Assembly: GCA_038213805.1 (NCBI GenBank)
Contig: JBBQSO010000012.1
Span: 1-64,000, forward strand
Reading direction: 5' to 3'
DNA length: 64,000 nt
Source of the DNA: Planctomycetota bacterium
GTDB lineage: Bacteria; Planctomycetota; UBA11346
Positions 29,984-40,336 of this stretch are shown here, one piece after another. Numbering within the stretch: the first letter of the stretch is position 1; each line of letters begins with the position of its first letter. The notes beneath the pieces were generated by a model. That model had not been told where the DNA came from, did no database searches, and saw only the letters and a program-made list of their open reading frames with translations. The translations under genes were made by a program, and so were the position numbers.

Positions 29984-31381
29984 ATGGCCGACCAGCCCAA
30001 GCTTCCGTCCGTCTCCCGCCGCGGCCTGTTCAAGACCGCCGCCGCGGCGCTCACCGTCGCCGGCGTGGCCGCGTGCAGCGACCAGCGCGCAGCGGGCGCC
30101 GAGGCCACGGCCGCGCCGGCGCCCGCCGGCGGCGCCGGCGCCATGGACATGGCGCCGTTCACCGCCGGGCCGCGCGCGCCCAGCCCGGTGCAGGGCACCG
30201 GCCGCGTGCTCGGCGCCAACGACCGCGTGCGCATCGCGGTGATCGGCGTCGGTGGCCAGGGCTTCGGCGCCCACCTCAAGGGCCTGCGCGCGCTGGAAAA
30301 AGACGCCAACATCGAGGTCATCGGCGCCAGCGACGTCTACGCGCCGCGTCTGGAGCGCGCCCGCGCCGAGCTGCTGAAGGGCCGCGACGGCGCCACGGTG
30401 TTCTGCGAGAAGGACTACCGCCGCCTGCTCGACAACAAGGACATCGACGCGGTGGTGGTGGCCACGCCCGAGCACTGGCACGCGCCGGTCTCGATCCACG
30501 CGCTCGACGCCGGCAAGCACGTCTACTGCGAAAAGCCGATGACCCGCCACCTCGACGAGGCGTGGGCGCTGGTCGACGCGGTCAAGCGCACCGGCAAGGT
30601 CTTCCAGCTCGGCATCCAGTTCACCTCCGACCCCAAGATGCACGCGGTCGGCGACTTCATCCGCGCCGGCAAGATCGGGCCGCTGGTCGCCGGGCAGAGC
30701 AGCTACTGCCGCAACGCCGGCCCCAAGGGCGAGTGGAACTACGACATCGACGCCGGCGCCGGCCCGGACAACCTCGACTGGGACATGTGGCTGGGCAGCG
30801 CGCCGAAGCGCCCGTGGAACGACGACAGCCGCTCGCGCTTCTTCCGCTACCGCAAGTACCACGACTACAGCGGCGGCATCCTCGGCGACCTCATGCCGCA
30901 CCGCGTCGGGCCGTTCCTGGTCGCGAGCGGCAACCCCGAGTACCCCACGCGCGTCGTCAGCGTCGGCACGCGCCGCATCTCGACCGACCGCGAGGTCGAC
31001 GACAACGTCCAGGTGATGGCCGAGTTCCCAAGCGGCTGGACCATGCTCTTCACCGGTTCGACGGTGAACGAGCAGGGCCTGCCCGACCTGTTCCGCGGCT
31101 TCAAGGCCTCGGTGCACTTCGGCGGTGATAGCGCCATCGCCAAGCCCGAGCGCCCCTTTGCCGAGGAGATGGAGGAGACCACCATTGCCAAGGGTCCCGG
31201 CAGCGACATCCCGATGCACCACCGCAACTGGCTCGACGCCATCCGCATCGGCGCCACGCCCAACTGCCCGGTCGAGTTCGGCGCCAAGATCCAGGCCATC
31301 CTGTCGATGGCCGAGATGTCCTCGCGCGCCAACCGCGTGATGCTGCTCGACGCAGCGACGCGCACGGTCAAGCCCGGCTGA
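29984..31381 (+). CDS. Tat-exported Gfo/Idh/MocA oxidoreductase
   Basis: AGGAG RBS, SRRGLF twin-Arg, ATPEHWH, YCEKP, LDWDMWLG.AP, GILGDLMPH. Confidence 0.92.
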   Translation: MADQPKLPSVSRRGLFKTAAAALTVAGVAACSDQRAAGAEATAAPAPAGGAGAMDMAPFTAGPRAPSPVQGTGRVLGANDRVRIAVIGVGGQGFGAHLKGLRALEKDANIEVIGASDVYAPRLERARAELLKGRDGATVFCEKDYRRLLDNKDIDAVVVATPEHWHAPVSIHALDAGKHVYCEKPMTRHLDEAWALVDAVKRTGKVFQLGIQFTSDPKMHAVGDFIRAGKIGPLVAGQSSYCRNAGPKGEWNYDIDAGAGPDNLDWDMWLGSAPKRPWNDDSRSRFFRYRKYHDYSGGILGDLMPHRVGPFLVASGNPEYPTRVVSVGTRRISTDREVDDNVQVMAEFPSGWTMLFTGSTVNEQGLPDLFRGFKASVHFGGDSAIAKPERPFAEEMEETTIAKGPGSDIPMHHRNWLDAIRIGATPNCPVEFGAKIQAILSMAEMSSRANRVMLLDAATRTVKPG

Positions 31382-31389
31382 GAGCGGCC

Positions 31390-32355
31390 ATGGACGGCAT
31401 GGTCCTGCCGTCCGGCGCGCCAGGGGGCGTGCGGCTGGGGCTGGCGGCGATGCGCACGCGCTTCGAGCTGGTGCTGGCCGACGCCGGCGACGCGGCGCGG
31501 CAGCGCGCCGCGGGTGAAGAGGCGCTTGCCGAGATCGCCGACGTCGAAGCGTGGCTGAGCCCGCACCGCGCCGCCAGCGCCCTGGCGCGCGTGAACGCGG
31601 GCGCCGCGCGCGCGCCGGTGACGGTCGATGGGCGGATGCTCGGCTTTCTGCGCGCAGCGCGCGCGCTGGCCGCGGCCACCGGCGGCGCCTGCGACCCGAC
31701 CGCGGGGGCGCTGGTGGCGTGCTGGCGCGAGGCGCTCGCCGGTGAACGGGTACCTGACGCGGCGGCGATCGCGGCGGCGCGCGCCGCCTGCGGCATGGAT
31801 CTGGTCATCTGCGACGAAGCCGCGGGCAGCGTGCGCTTCGCGCAACCGGGGATGCGCCTGGACCCCGGCGCACTCGGCAAGGGCGTCGCGCTCGATCGCG
31901 CGACGGCGCTCCTGCGCGATCACGGTGTTAGGCGAGCGCTGCTGCACGGCGGCACATCGAGCGTGGTGGGGATCGGTGATCCGGGCTGGACGATCGCAGT
32001 CAGGCATCCGCTGCAGGCGCAAGAGATCATCGCCACCACGACGCTGCGCGATTCCACCCTGTCGGTGTCCGCCGGCCATGGCCGCGCGACCACCGTCGAA
32101 GGGCGCAGCTACGGCCACGTCATCGATCCGCGCAGCGGCTGGCCGGTGGCGGGACATCTGCTCGCCGCCGTGACGCATCCGCAGGCGACGGTCAGCGAGG
32201 GGTTGTCGACGGCGTTGCTGGTGTTGGGACAGGGTGGCATGGCGGATTTGGCGCGACAGTTTCCCGACGCTGCGTTCCTGCTGGTATGCAAAGCGGTGGA
32301 AGCAGTGGAGGTGATCACCATGGGTGACGGCTTCGCGATGAGCAACGTGGTCTGA
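31390..32355 (+). CDS. apbE: FAD:protein FMN transferase (ApbE family)
   Basis: AMRT, TGGACDPT, LDPGALGKG, YGHVIDPRSG, EGLSTAL. Confidence 0.85.
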   Translation: MDGMVLPSGAPGGVRLGLAAMRTRFELVLADAGDAARQRAAGEEALAEIADVEAWLSPHRAASALARVNAGAARAPVTVDGRMLGFLRAARALAAATGGACDPTAGALVACWREALAGERVPDAAAIAAARAACGMDLVICDEAAGSVRFAQPGMRLDPGALGKGVALDRATALLRDHGVRRALLHGGTSSVVGIGDPGWTIAVRHPLQAQEIIATTTLRDSTLSVSAGHGRATTVEGRSYGHVIDPRSGWPVAGHLLAAVTHPQATVSEGLSTALLVLGQGGMADLARQFPDAAFLLVCKAVEAVEVITMGDGFAMSNVV

Positions 32356-32399
32356 ACGGCTCATAACCCCACGTGGTCTGGTGTTGCGTGAGGGTCCTA

Positions 32400-32463
32400 C
32401 CTGGGACCGCGCGCCGCTGGCGCGCTCTTCGTCGCATGCACGCCAGCGGCGTGCGGTCCCAGG
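32400..32463. repeat. REP-like inverted repeat / bidirectional hairpin
   Basis: 26-nt arms 32400-32425 and 32438-32463 with two mismatches, between convergent apbE and AraC genes. Confidence 0.75.
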
Positions 32464-32500
32464 AACGGCCCAAACGGTGATGAGCGGGTTCCCGCGTCCT

Positions 32501-33412
32501 TCAGGGACCGCTCGTCCGCGTGCCGGCGCGATACCCCCCCGGCGTCCCACCAAAATGTTTCCTGAACACCCGGCATAACTGCGACGCTGAACCGAAGCCC
32601 ACGGCACGCGCCACCGCATCCAATGGCTCCCCCGTCTCGCGCAACCGCCGCCGCGCCTCCTCCAGGCGCAGGCTGGTGATGAACGCCCCCGGCGGAAATC
32701 CCGTCGCCGCGCGGAAGCGCTCCGCGAAATAGACCCGGTGCAGGCCAAGCAGCCCCGCGACGTCAGCCGGCCCGAGCGGCGTGGCGAGGTCTGCGGTGAC
32801 CAGCTCGCGCACCTGCTCGAGCAGGGCGCGCTTCGGCGCGGGCGGGTGCGCGCTGCGCTCGTGCTGACGGTCGAGCCCGGTGACGAAGGTCCACAGCGCA
32901 GCCTCGAGCGCGGACTCGTCGCCGTGGCTGCGGCGCAGCAGCCCCTCGACGATGCCGACCAAACCCTGGGCGACCGCGCCATCGGGCGCGGCGGCAAAAG
33001 TCGCACCGGCGCGCGCCACGTGCAGACGCAGGCGCTCGACCAGCTGCGGGTGGGCGACTGCGAACCAGCAGAAGGTCCACGGCGCGCCCGCCTCCGGCAG
33101 CCAGTAGCGGTGCGCCGACGGCACCAGGGCGATGAAGGCCTGGCCGGCGGTGACGCGGCGTTCACCGGCGGCATCCGCGAAAGTGCCGTGGCCGGCGAGG
33201 GTGTACTGGACGATGGCGTGCGGCACGCCCTGCGGGCAGTTCAGGTCGTGGCCGCGGCGCAGCCCGTCCCAGCGGTAACGGCGCGGGTCGGTCTGGCGCT
33301 CGCAACCGCCTGAGACCAGCAGCGGCAGCGGCAGCGCGCTTGGCCGGGGGCTGAAGGCGACGTCACCGCGCAGTGCGGCGAAACGGCGGGCGAGGTCCGC
33401 GCAGTCGGTCAT
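32501..33412 (-). CDS. AraC-family transcriptional regulator
   Basis: Cupin-like N domain and HTH (LRLEEARRRL..VGFGSASQLCRVFRK..G.TPG); divergent from ara genes. Confidence 0.9.
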   Translation of the reverse strand: MTDCADLARRFAALRGDVAFSPRPSALPLPLLVSGGCERQTDPRRYRWDGLRRGHDLNCPQGVPHAIVQYTLAGHGTFADAAGERRVTAGQAFIALVPSAHRYWLPEAGAPWTFCWFAVAHPQLVERLRLHVARAGATFAAAPDGAVAQGLVGIVEGLLRRSHGDESALEAALWTFVTGLDRQHERSAHPPAPKRALLEQVRELVTADLATPLGPADVAGLLGLHRVYFAERFRAATGFPPGAFITSLRLEEARRRLRETGEPLDAVARAVGFGSASQLCRVFRKHFGGTPGGYRAGTRTSGP

Positions 33413-33433
33413 GACTGCGACGCTGACCACCCC

Positions 33434-33446
33434 TGACAAATTGTCA
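33434..33446. promoter_or_regulatory. Palindromic operator candidate TGACAAATTGTCA
   Basis: AT-rich palindrome in the AraC/araB intergenic region. Confidence 0.45.
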
Positions 33447-33539
33447 ATCGACCTTGCAACCATGCGATAGCATGCGAATTCCCGCGCAGGTATGCTGCCT
33501 GACATATCGCTTATCGGCTCGCGCCGGATTGGACCTGCC

Positions 33540-35294
33540 ATGCCGCGCAGACTCGCCCTGGGACTCGACTTCGGCACCGATTCGGTGCGCGCCCTGGTGG
33601 TCGACGTGCGCAGCGGCGCCGAGCTTGCCGCGGGTGTCGCGCCGTTCGCGCAGTGGGCGGCCGGCCGCCACTGCGATCCGGCCGCCCAGCGCTTCCGTCA
33701 ACATCCCCAGGACCACCTCGACGCGCTGCGCGTGGCGGTGCGCGCTGCGCTGCGCCAGGCGCCGCGGGGTGCGGCCGGCCAGATCATTGGCATCGGCGTC
33801 GACACCACCGGTTCCAGTCCGCTGCCAATCGCCGCCGATGGCACCGCGCTCGGCCTGCTGCCGGAGTTCAGCGCCGACCCCGACGCGCTGTGCGTGCTGT
33901 GGAAGGACCACACTGCGGTCGCCGAGGCCGAACAGCTGAACGCGCTCGCCCACGGTGGGCGCTTTCCCGACTACACGCGCTGGACCGGCGGCATCTACAG
34001 CTCGGAATGGTGGTGGGCAAAGATCGCCCACGTGCTGCGCGGCAACCGCCGCGTCGCGGCCGCCGCGCACACCTGGATGGAGCACTGCGACTGGATCCCG
34101 TTCGTGCTCACCGGCGCCGGCGATCCCGCGCGCGCGGTGCGCAGCCGCTGCGCCGCCGGGCATAAGGCGCTGTGGCACGACAGCTGGGGTGGCCTGCCGG
34201 CGGAGGATTTCCTGGTCGCGCTTGAGCCGCGTCTGCGCGGATTGCGTGCGCGGCTCTACGGCGCGACGGTGACCGTCAACCAGCCCGCCGGCCGCCTGAG
34301 CCCGGCGTGGGCGCGGTCGTTCGGCCTGCCCGCCGGCATCCCGGTGGCCTCCGGCGCCTTTGACGCGCACCTCGGCGCGGTCGGCGCCGGCGCGCGCCCG
34401 CAGGTGCTGGTCAAGGTCATGGGCACCTCGACCTGCGACATGCTGCTGGCGCGGCCCCATCAGCTCACGGCGCGCACCGTGCGCGGCATTTGTGGCCAGG
34501 TCGAGGGCTCGATCCTGCCCGGCCTGGTCGGGCTGGAGGCGGGGCAGAGCGCCTTCGGCGATCTCTACGCGTGGTTCCGCAGCCTGCTCGCCTGGCCGCT
34601 GGCCGGCCTGCCCGCGGGCCAGCGTCAGCGCGCCTTCGCCGCTATGCTGCCGGCGCTTGAGGCGGCCGCGCGCACCCGGCCGCCGCTCGGCACCGGCGAG
34701 ATCGCGCTCGACTGGTTCAACGGCCGGCGCACCCCGGACGCCGACCAGACCCTGCGCGGCGGCTTCGCCGGGCTGCATCTCGGCAGCGACGCGCCAGCGC
34801 TGTACCGCGCCCTGATCGAGGCCAGCGCCTTTGGCGCGCGCGCCATCGTCGAACGCTTCGAAGCCGAGGGCGTGCCGGTGCGCGGTGTGCTGGCGATCGG
34901 CGGCATCGCGCGCAAATCGCCGCTGGTGATGCAGATCTGCGCGGACGTGCTCGGCCGGCCGCTGCAGGTCGCCGCCTCGGACCAGTGCTGCGCGCTGGGC
35001 GCGGCGATGGCGGGCGCGGTGGTCGGCGGCGCACACGCCACCCTCGCTGCGGCGCAGGGCGCGATGGCGAGCGGCATCGAACGCACCTACCGGCCGGTGG
35101 CGCGCGCGGTGGCGGTCTATGAGGGGGGATACCGCCGCTACCGCGAACTCGGGGAGCGCCTCGCCGCGCTGCCGGCTGCAGCGCCGCCGGTGCGCAAGGC
35201 CAGGGGTGCTCAAGCGGTCGCGGCGAGCAGTGGCGCGGCCGCGGCGGGACCGCGACGCGTCCGACTCGCGGCCGGTGCCAGGAAAAAGTCGTGA
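33540..35294 (+). CDS. araB: L-ribulokinase
   Basis: GLDFGTDSVRA, GVDTTGSSP, LWKDH, GGIYSSEW, CAAGHK, DWFNGRRTP. Confidence 0.95.
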   Translation: MPRRLALGLDFGTDSVRALVVDVRSGAELAAGVAPFAQWAAGRHCDPAAQRFRQHPQDHLDALRVAVRAALRQAPRGAAGQIIGIGVDTTGSSPLPIAADGTALGLLPEFSADPDALCVLWKDHTAVAEAEQLNALAHGGRFPDYTRWTGGIYSSEWWWAKIAHVLRGNRRVAAAAHTWMEHCDWIPFVLTGAGDPARAVRSRCAAGHKALWHDSWGGLPAEDFLVALEPRLRGLRARLYGATVTVNQPAGRLSPAWARSFGLPAGIPVASGAFDAHLGAVGAGARPQVLVKVMGTSTCDMLLARPHQLTARTVRGICGQVEGSILPGLVGLEAGQSAFGDLYAWFRSLLAWPLAGLPAGQRQRAFAAMLPALEAAARTRPPLGTGEIALDWFNGRRTPDADQTLRGGFAGLHLGSDAPALYRALIEASAFGARAIVERFEAEGVPVRGVLAIGGIARKSPLVMQICADVLGRPLQVAASDQCCALGAAMAGAVVGGAHATLAAAQGAMASGIERTYRPVARAVAVYEGGYRRYRELGERLAALPAAAPPVRKARGAQAVAASSGAAAAGPRRVRLAAGARKKS

Positions 35295-36019
35295 CCATGT
35301 TGCTGCCTGACCTGCGTCACCAGGTGCTCGCGGCCAACCTCGAACTGCACCGCCGCGGGCTGGCACTCTACACCTGGGGCAACGTCTCCGGGATCGACCG
35401 CGCCAGTGGCATGGTGGTGATCAAGCCCTCGGGCGTGCCCTATGAGGAGCTCACCGCCGCGCAGCTGGTGGTGGTCGACCTCACCGACCGTATCGTCGAG
35501 GGCACGTTGCGGCCGTCCTCGGACACGCGTACGCACACCGCGCTCTACCGCGCGTGGCCGGATATCGGCGGCGTGGCGCACGCACACGCGCCGCACGCCA
35601 CGGCGTGGTGCCAGGCGCGCCGCGCGCTGCCCTGCCTGGGCACCACCCACGCCGACCACTGCCGCGGGCCGGTGCCGTGCACCGGTCTGCTCGACGCGGC
35701 GGCGGTGGCCGGCGACTACGAGGCGGCCACCGGCGCGCAGATCATCGCGACCTTCGCTGCGGCCGGTGCAACGGCCGCCGACGCACCCGACCACCGCACC
35801 ACGCCGATGGTCCTGCTCGCCGGACATGCACCCTTTGCGTGGGGAGGCTCGGCCATGGAGGCGGCCTACCACGCGGTCGTGCTCGAAGAGATGGCGCGCA
35901 TCTCCGCGCTCACCCTCGCCCTCGACCCGCAGGCGGCGCCGCTGCCCGCGGCCATCGCCGACAAGCATTACTTCCGCAAGCACGGCGCCCTGGCCACCTA
36001 CGGCCAGCCGCGCACCTGA
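35291..36019 (+). CDS. araD: L-ribulose-5-phosphate 4-epimerase
   Basis: [36 protein letters not shown]. Confidence 0.95.
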   Translation: MTMLLPDLRHQVLAANLELHRRGLALYTWGNVSGIDRASGMVVIKPSGVPYEELTAAQLVVVDLTDRIVEGTLRPSSDTRTHTALYRAWPDIGGVAHAHAPHATAWCQARRALPCLGTTHADHCRGPVPCTGLLDAAAVAGDYEAATGAQIIATFAAAGATAADAPDHRTTPMVLLAGHAPFAWGGSAMEAAYHAVVLEEMARISALTLALDPQAAPLPAAIADKHYFRKHGALATYGQPRT

Positions 36020-36036
36020 CCATGCCTGGAGCGCCC

Positions 36037-37548
36037 ATGCCGTCCGACCGCCCCTGTTTATGGTTCGTCACCGGCAGCCAACACCTGTACGGGCCGGAGG
36101 CGCTCGCGCAGGTCGCGGCCAACGCGCAGACGGTGGCGGGCGGGCTGGATGCCTGCGGCCGCATCCCGCTGCCCGTCATCGCCAAGCCGGTGCTGACCAC
36201 CGCCGAAGAAATCCGCGCGCTGTGCCTGGCGGCCTCAGCAGATCCGCAGTGTGCCGGCCTGGTGCTGTGGATGCACACCTTCTCGCCGGCGAAGATGTGG
36301 ATCGGCGGACTGTCCTGCCTGCGCAAGCCGTTCGCGCACCTGCACACCCAGTTGCACCGCGATCTGCCGTGGGGCAGCATCGACATGGACTTCATGAACC
36401 TGCACCAGGCGGCGCACGGCGACCGCGAGGGCGCGCATCTGCACACCCGCATGCGCCTCGAGCGCAAGGTCGTGGTCGGGCACTGGCAGGACGGCGAGGT
36501 CCAGGACCGCCTTGGCGCGTGGGCGCGTGCCGCGCTTGGCTGGCACGACCTGCAGGGCGCGCGCTTCGTGCGCTTCGGCGACAACATGCGCAATGTCGCG
36601 GTGACGGATGGCGACAAGGTCGCCGCCGAGATGCGCTTCGGCTGCGCGGTGCTGGCGCACGGCGCCAGCGAGCTCGCCGACCGCGCCGCGCAGGTGACGG
36701 AGGCGGACGTGGACGCGCTGGTCGCGGAGTACCTCGGCAGCTACACGTGCGCGCCCGACGTGCTGCCCGGCCAAGCGGGCCACCGCTCGCTGCGCACCGA
36801 AGCGCGCACCGAACTGGCCCTGCGCGGCTTCCTGACCGACGGCCGCTTCAAGGGCTTCACCACCAACTTCGAGGACCTCGCGCACCTGCCGCAGCTGCCC
36901 GGCCTGGCCGTGCAGCGCCTGATGGCGGACGGCTACGGCTTCGGCGCGGAGGGCGACTGGAAGTCGTGCTTCATGCTGCGCGCGATGAAGACCATGGCCA
37001 CCGGCCTGCCCGGCGGCACCTCATGGATGGAGGACTACACCTACCACCTCGAGCCCGGGCGTGAACTCGTGCTCGGCGCGCACATGCTCGAGGTCTGCCC
37101 GTCGCTCGCCGCCACGCGGCCGTCGCTGCAGGTGAACCCGCGCGGCATCGGCGGGAAGGCCGATCCCGCGCGCCTGGTCTTCGATGCGCGCCCCGGAGCG
37201 GCGATCAACGTGTCCCTGGTCGACCTCGGCAACCGCTTCCGCCTGGTGGTGGCCGACGTCGAGGACGTCACGCCGCCCGCGCCGCTGCCCAGGCTGCCGG
37301 TGGCGCGGGCGGTGTGGCGCTGCCTGCCCGACTTCAAGACCGCCTGCGCCGCGTGGCTCTACGCCGGCGGCGCGCACCACGCGCTGCATTCGCAGGCCCT
37401 GAGCGGCGAGCACCTCGCCGACTTCACCGCCATCGCCGGCATCGACCTGGTGCGCATCGACGCGCGCACGCGCATCGACGAGTTACGGGAACGGCTGCGC
37501 ACCGCGGATGTGGTGTGGAGTTTCAGCCAGGGGTTGGGGCGGGTCTGA
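36037..37548 (+). CDS. araA: L-arabinose isomerase
   Basis: [42 protein letters not shown]. Confidence 0.97.
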   Translation: MPSDRPCLWFVTGSQHLYGPEALAQVAANAQTVAGGLDACGRIPLPVIAKPVLTTAEEIRALCLAASADPQCAGLVLWMHTFSPAKMWIGGLSCLRKPFAHLHTQLHRDLPWGSIDMDFMNLHQAAHGDREGAHLHTRMRLERKVVVGHWQDGEVQDRLGAWARAALGWHDLQGARFVRFGDNMRNVAVTDGDKVAAEMRFGCAVLAHGASELADRAAQVTEADVDALVAEYLGSYTCAPDVLPGQAGHRSLRTEARTELALRGFLTDGRFKGFTTNFEDLAHLPQLPGLAVQRLMADGYGFGAEGDWKSCFMLRAMKTMATGLPGGTSWMEDYTYHLEPGRELVLGAHMLEVCPSLAATRPSLQVNPRGIGGKADPARLVFDARPGAAINVSLVDLGNRFRLVVADVEDVTPPAPLPRLPVARAVWRCLPDFKTACAAWLYAGGAHHALHSQALSGEHLADFTAIAGIDLVRIDARTRIDELRERLRTADVVWSFSQGLGRV

Positions 37549-37567
37549 CACTGCGGGGCGCGGGGCG

Positions 37568-37680
37568 CGAGCTACAAGCTACGAGAAACATATTCCGCTG
37601 GCTCAGCGCACGAGCGAGTCCGCATCCGACCCAACGGGTCCCACGTTGGCAGGCCAGGTCTTCACTCGTAGCTCATGGCT
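37568..37680. repeat. Inverted pair of GAGCTAC/CTCGTAG heptamer tracts
   Basis: 37568-37585 pairs with 37665-37680. Confidence 0.65.
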
Positions 37681-37912
37681 AGGGCCTCCGGACCTTGCGC
37701 GCCCCCGGCCGCGTCCCGCGCTTGGAAAAATTCCGCTTCGCGTTGCGGCGCGTTGGGGTCGGCTTGCGTTTGCCGTTCATCTGCACGATGCCCCAGATGA
37801 CCAGGATCACGCCGACGCCCGCGAGGGCGCCGGTGCTGCCGGTGCCTTTCAGCGCCAGCGTGCCGCTGATGCCGCCGATGATGAAGACCGCGCCGATGAT
37901 GATGTTCCACAT
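37679..37912 (-). CDS. Small two-TM protein with basic C-terminal tail
   Basis: MWNIIIGAVFIIGG..GVILVIWGIV then Lys/Arg-rich tail. Confidence 0.65.
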   Translation of the reverse strand: MWNIIIGAVFIIGGISGTLALKGTGSTGALAGVGVILVIWGIVQMNGKRKPTPTRRNAKRNFSKRGTRPGARKVRRP

Positions 37913-38018
37913 GGAGTGCTGTTTCGTCGTGAGAGGATGCCCGGGCACGCATCCACACGTGCGGCAGCTGCTGTCGGCAGGCTTGGCAACCAGATGGATG
38001 AGGGAGAATCCGGCTGCG

Positions 38019-38762
38019 TCAGGCCAGCGCCGGGCTGCCCAGCGGCGTCGCCGTGGTGCGCACCGGCGCCGGGCCGACCACCACAGTGAAGCCTTCGACG
38101 GCCAGTACGGCGAGCCGCTCGCCGGGCCGCGGGATGGTCGCGGACTGCACGACCACCTCGATCTCGCCCTGGGCGAAGGCGACGCGCGCGGTCAGCCGGG
38201 GTTGCCCGACCACCACGCCAGTGGTGCCGGTGGTGACCTGCAGCAGCACCGCCGCCGGATTCACCGGCGGCCGGCTGTCCTGCATCAACAGCGGGTTGCC
38301 GATCGAACCGGTGAAACCGGCATCGGGGTGCGTGGGCGGAACGATCTTGTTGCTTTCGTGCACTGCGTCGGCGATCAGCTGCAGCGGATCCTTGCCAACC
38401 TGGTCGACCGCAGCGGCACGCTCGAAGTTGAGCGGAAAGCCGAAGCGCTTGGCCGCGATCAGCGCGGCGACCACCACGCGCAGGTTGCCGTGGCCGAGGT
38501 GGGTCGCCGCCACCTGCTCAAGGGTCAGGTCGATGCCGGCGTGCTTGGCGACCAGCAGCTGGTTGATCAGCAGGGTGGTGTCAGCGCGGCGCAGACGCAG
38601 CAGCAGCAGATCGCCGATGCCGACCCCATGCAGGCCCTTGGTCCAGGCGCTCAGGTTCAGGTGCCAGGCCTTCACCACCTCCCACAGCAGCAGCGTGGCG
38701 ACCGGCGTGACGAGGATGAGGAAGGTCAACCACAGCCAGTTCTGAGCAAGGAAATCAGCCAT
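38019..38762 (-). CDS. FloA/YqfA N-terminal region fused to NfeD-like C-terminal domain
   Basis: LRLRR..AG..GN...VV.ALIAA....LNFERAAAVD resembles FloA; C-terminus G.TGVV...V.....GERLAVLAVEG..VVV resembles the NfeD OB-fold. Confidence 0.7.
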   Translation of the reverse strand: MADFLAQNWLWLTFLILVTPVATLLLWEVVKAWHLNLSAWTKGLHGVGIGDLLLLRLRRADTTLLINQLLVAKHAGIDLTLEQVAATHLGHGNLRVVVAALIAAKRFGFPLNFERAAAVDQVGKDPLQLIADAVHESNKIVPPTHPDAGFTGSIGNPLLMQDSRPPVNPAAVLLQVTTGTTGVVVGQPRLTARVAFAQGEIEVVVQSATIPRPGERLAVLAVEGFTVVVGPAPVRTTATPLGSPALA

Positions 38763-39158
38763 GACTCATCCTTCAAACGCGGTCCGGAACGGTGGTGAGC
38801 GCGGTGGGATCGCGATCGGGCGGGCGAGTCATACACCGCCAGGAATGCGATGCCAGCGCTTGCTGGATGGACAATTCCATCTGGCGACGGAACAATGGGA
38901 TAGGTCGAAGGACTGGGGCGCGCGACAGGCGTTTTCCAGCGTTCTCGGCTCACCTGGCGTGGCAGATGATTCCGCGGTCTGCCGAACTGCCCGCGCATCG
39001 CTCCACGCGCTCCCTGATGGCTTCTCCGCGGTGGGTTTGGGGCCTTCGCCACACGGTCACGGGGCCGGACACGAAGCGCTGGACATGAGGCGCATGCGTG
39101 TGCCATCATTCCCGCCGCGCCGCCATCCGCAGCGCTGATCCATCTTCAGGAGTCCATC

Positions 39159-40154
39159 ATGCCCCGTCCCCGCATCAGCACCGTATCCGCTCGCAGTGTA
39201 AGAGCGCTCCTCGGCGTCCTCGCACTCGCCGCGCCGCTCGCGGCAGCTCAGGCCAAACCGCCTAAGATCAGCACCGTCGGGGATGGCGACTTCGTCATCG
39301 GGCCCGACTACGTGAAGGCGCCGGAGATGAACGGCGCGGACGGCGCGCCCAAGGGCACGGTGCGCGACTTCGTGATGCAATCTTCCGAGAGCAAAATCTA
39401 CCCGGGACTGACCGGCGCCTACTCGCGCAAGGTCTGGGTCTACGTGCCGAAGCAGTACGTGCCAGGCACGCCGGCGCCGTTCATGGTGGTGCAGGACGGC
39501 GGCGGTTATGTCGGCCGGCTGACCACCGCGCTTGACAACCTGATCTTCGCGCAGCGCGTGCCGGTGATGGCTGCGGTGTTCCTCGATTCCGGCGGCGGCG
39601 ATTCCAAGGGCAGCGAGCGCGGTCTGGAATACGACACGGTCTCGGCCAAGTACGCGCAGTTCATCGAGACCGAGGTGCTGCCGCGCGTCACCAGCGAGTA
39701 CAAGGTCACCTTCACCAAGGACCCGGAGGGCCGCGCGACCATGGGCGGCAGCTCGGGCGCCGCCTGTGCGTTCACCATGGCGTGGTTCCGGCCCGACCTC
39801 TACCGCCGCGTGCTCAGCTATTCGGGCACCTTCGTCGCCCAGGAATCGCCGGACAATCCCGCTTCGCCGCACGGCGCCTGGGAATACCACGAGCACTTCA
39901 TCCCGCAGAGCCCGGTGAAGCCGCTGCGCATCTACCTGCAGGTCGGCGAGCATGACAACGGCGAAGGCCGGCCCGAGAACACCTACCACAACTGGCCCAT
40001 GGCCAACGAGCGCATGGCTGCGGTACTCAAAGCCAAGGGCTACCACTACCGCTACGAGTTCTGCAAGGGCGCCGGCCACGTCGACGGTCGCGTCATCGAC
40101 CAGACCCTGCCCAGCGCGCTGGAATGGCTGTGGCGAGGGTATGCGGGCAAGTAG
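39159..40154 (+). CDS. Secreted enterochelin-esterase-like alpha/beta hydrolase
   Basis: VYVP, VQDG, RGLEYD, nucleophile elbow GGSSG, GH near C-terminus. Confidence 0.9.
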   Translation: MPRPRISTVSARSVRALLGVLALAAPLAAAQAKPPKISTVGDGDFVIGPDYVKAPEMNGADGAPKGTVRDFVMQSSESKIYPGLTGAYSRKVWVYVPKQYVPGTPAPFMVVQDGGGYVGRLTTALDNLIFAQRVPVMAAVFLDSGGGDSKGSERGLEYDTVSAKYAQFIETEVLPRVTSEYKVTFTKDPEGRATMGGSSGAACAFTMAWFRPDLYRRVLSYSGTFVAQESPDNPASPHGAWEYHEHFIPQSPVKPLRIYLQVGEHDNGEGRPENTYHNWPMANERMAAVLKAKGYHYRYEFCKGAGHVDGRVIDQTLPSALEWLWRGYAGK

Positions 40155-40162
40155 AGGGTCAA

Positions 40163-40326
40163 GAAGTCCGGAAGTCCGGAGGTCCGGAGGTCCGGAAGTC
40201 TCGTGACGCGGCGCTAGCTGACTGGATCTGTGTGGTCCGTTTCCTGGCATCCGTGCGGGCGGTCGATTGCATCCTCGGAAGCAGGGCTGTCCGACTTCCG
40301 GACTTCCGGACCCCGGACTTCCGGAC
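40163..40326. repeat. Inverted pair of octamer (GAAGTCCG-type) tandem tracts
   Basis: 40163-40200 and 40293-40326 are reverse complements flanking about 90 bp; between convergent genes. Confidence 0.8.
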
Positions 40327-40336
40327 CGCGAAGCGC

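Noticed and set aside
32345..32380. ACGTGGTCTG direct repeat as a target-site duplication
   Set aside because: The copies are only 26 bp apart and do not flank the nearby inverted repeat or any element.
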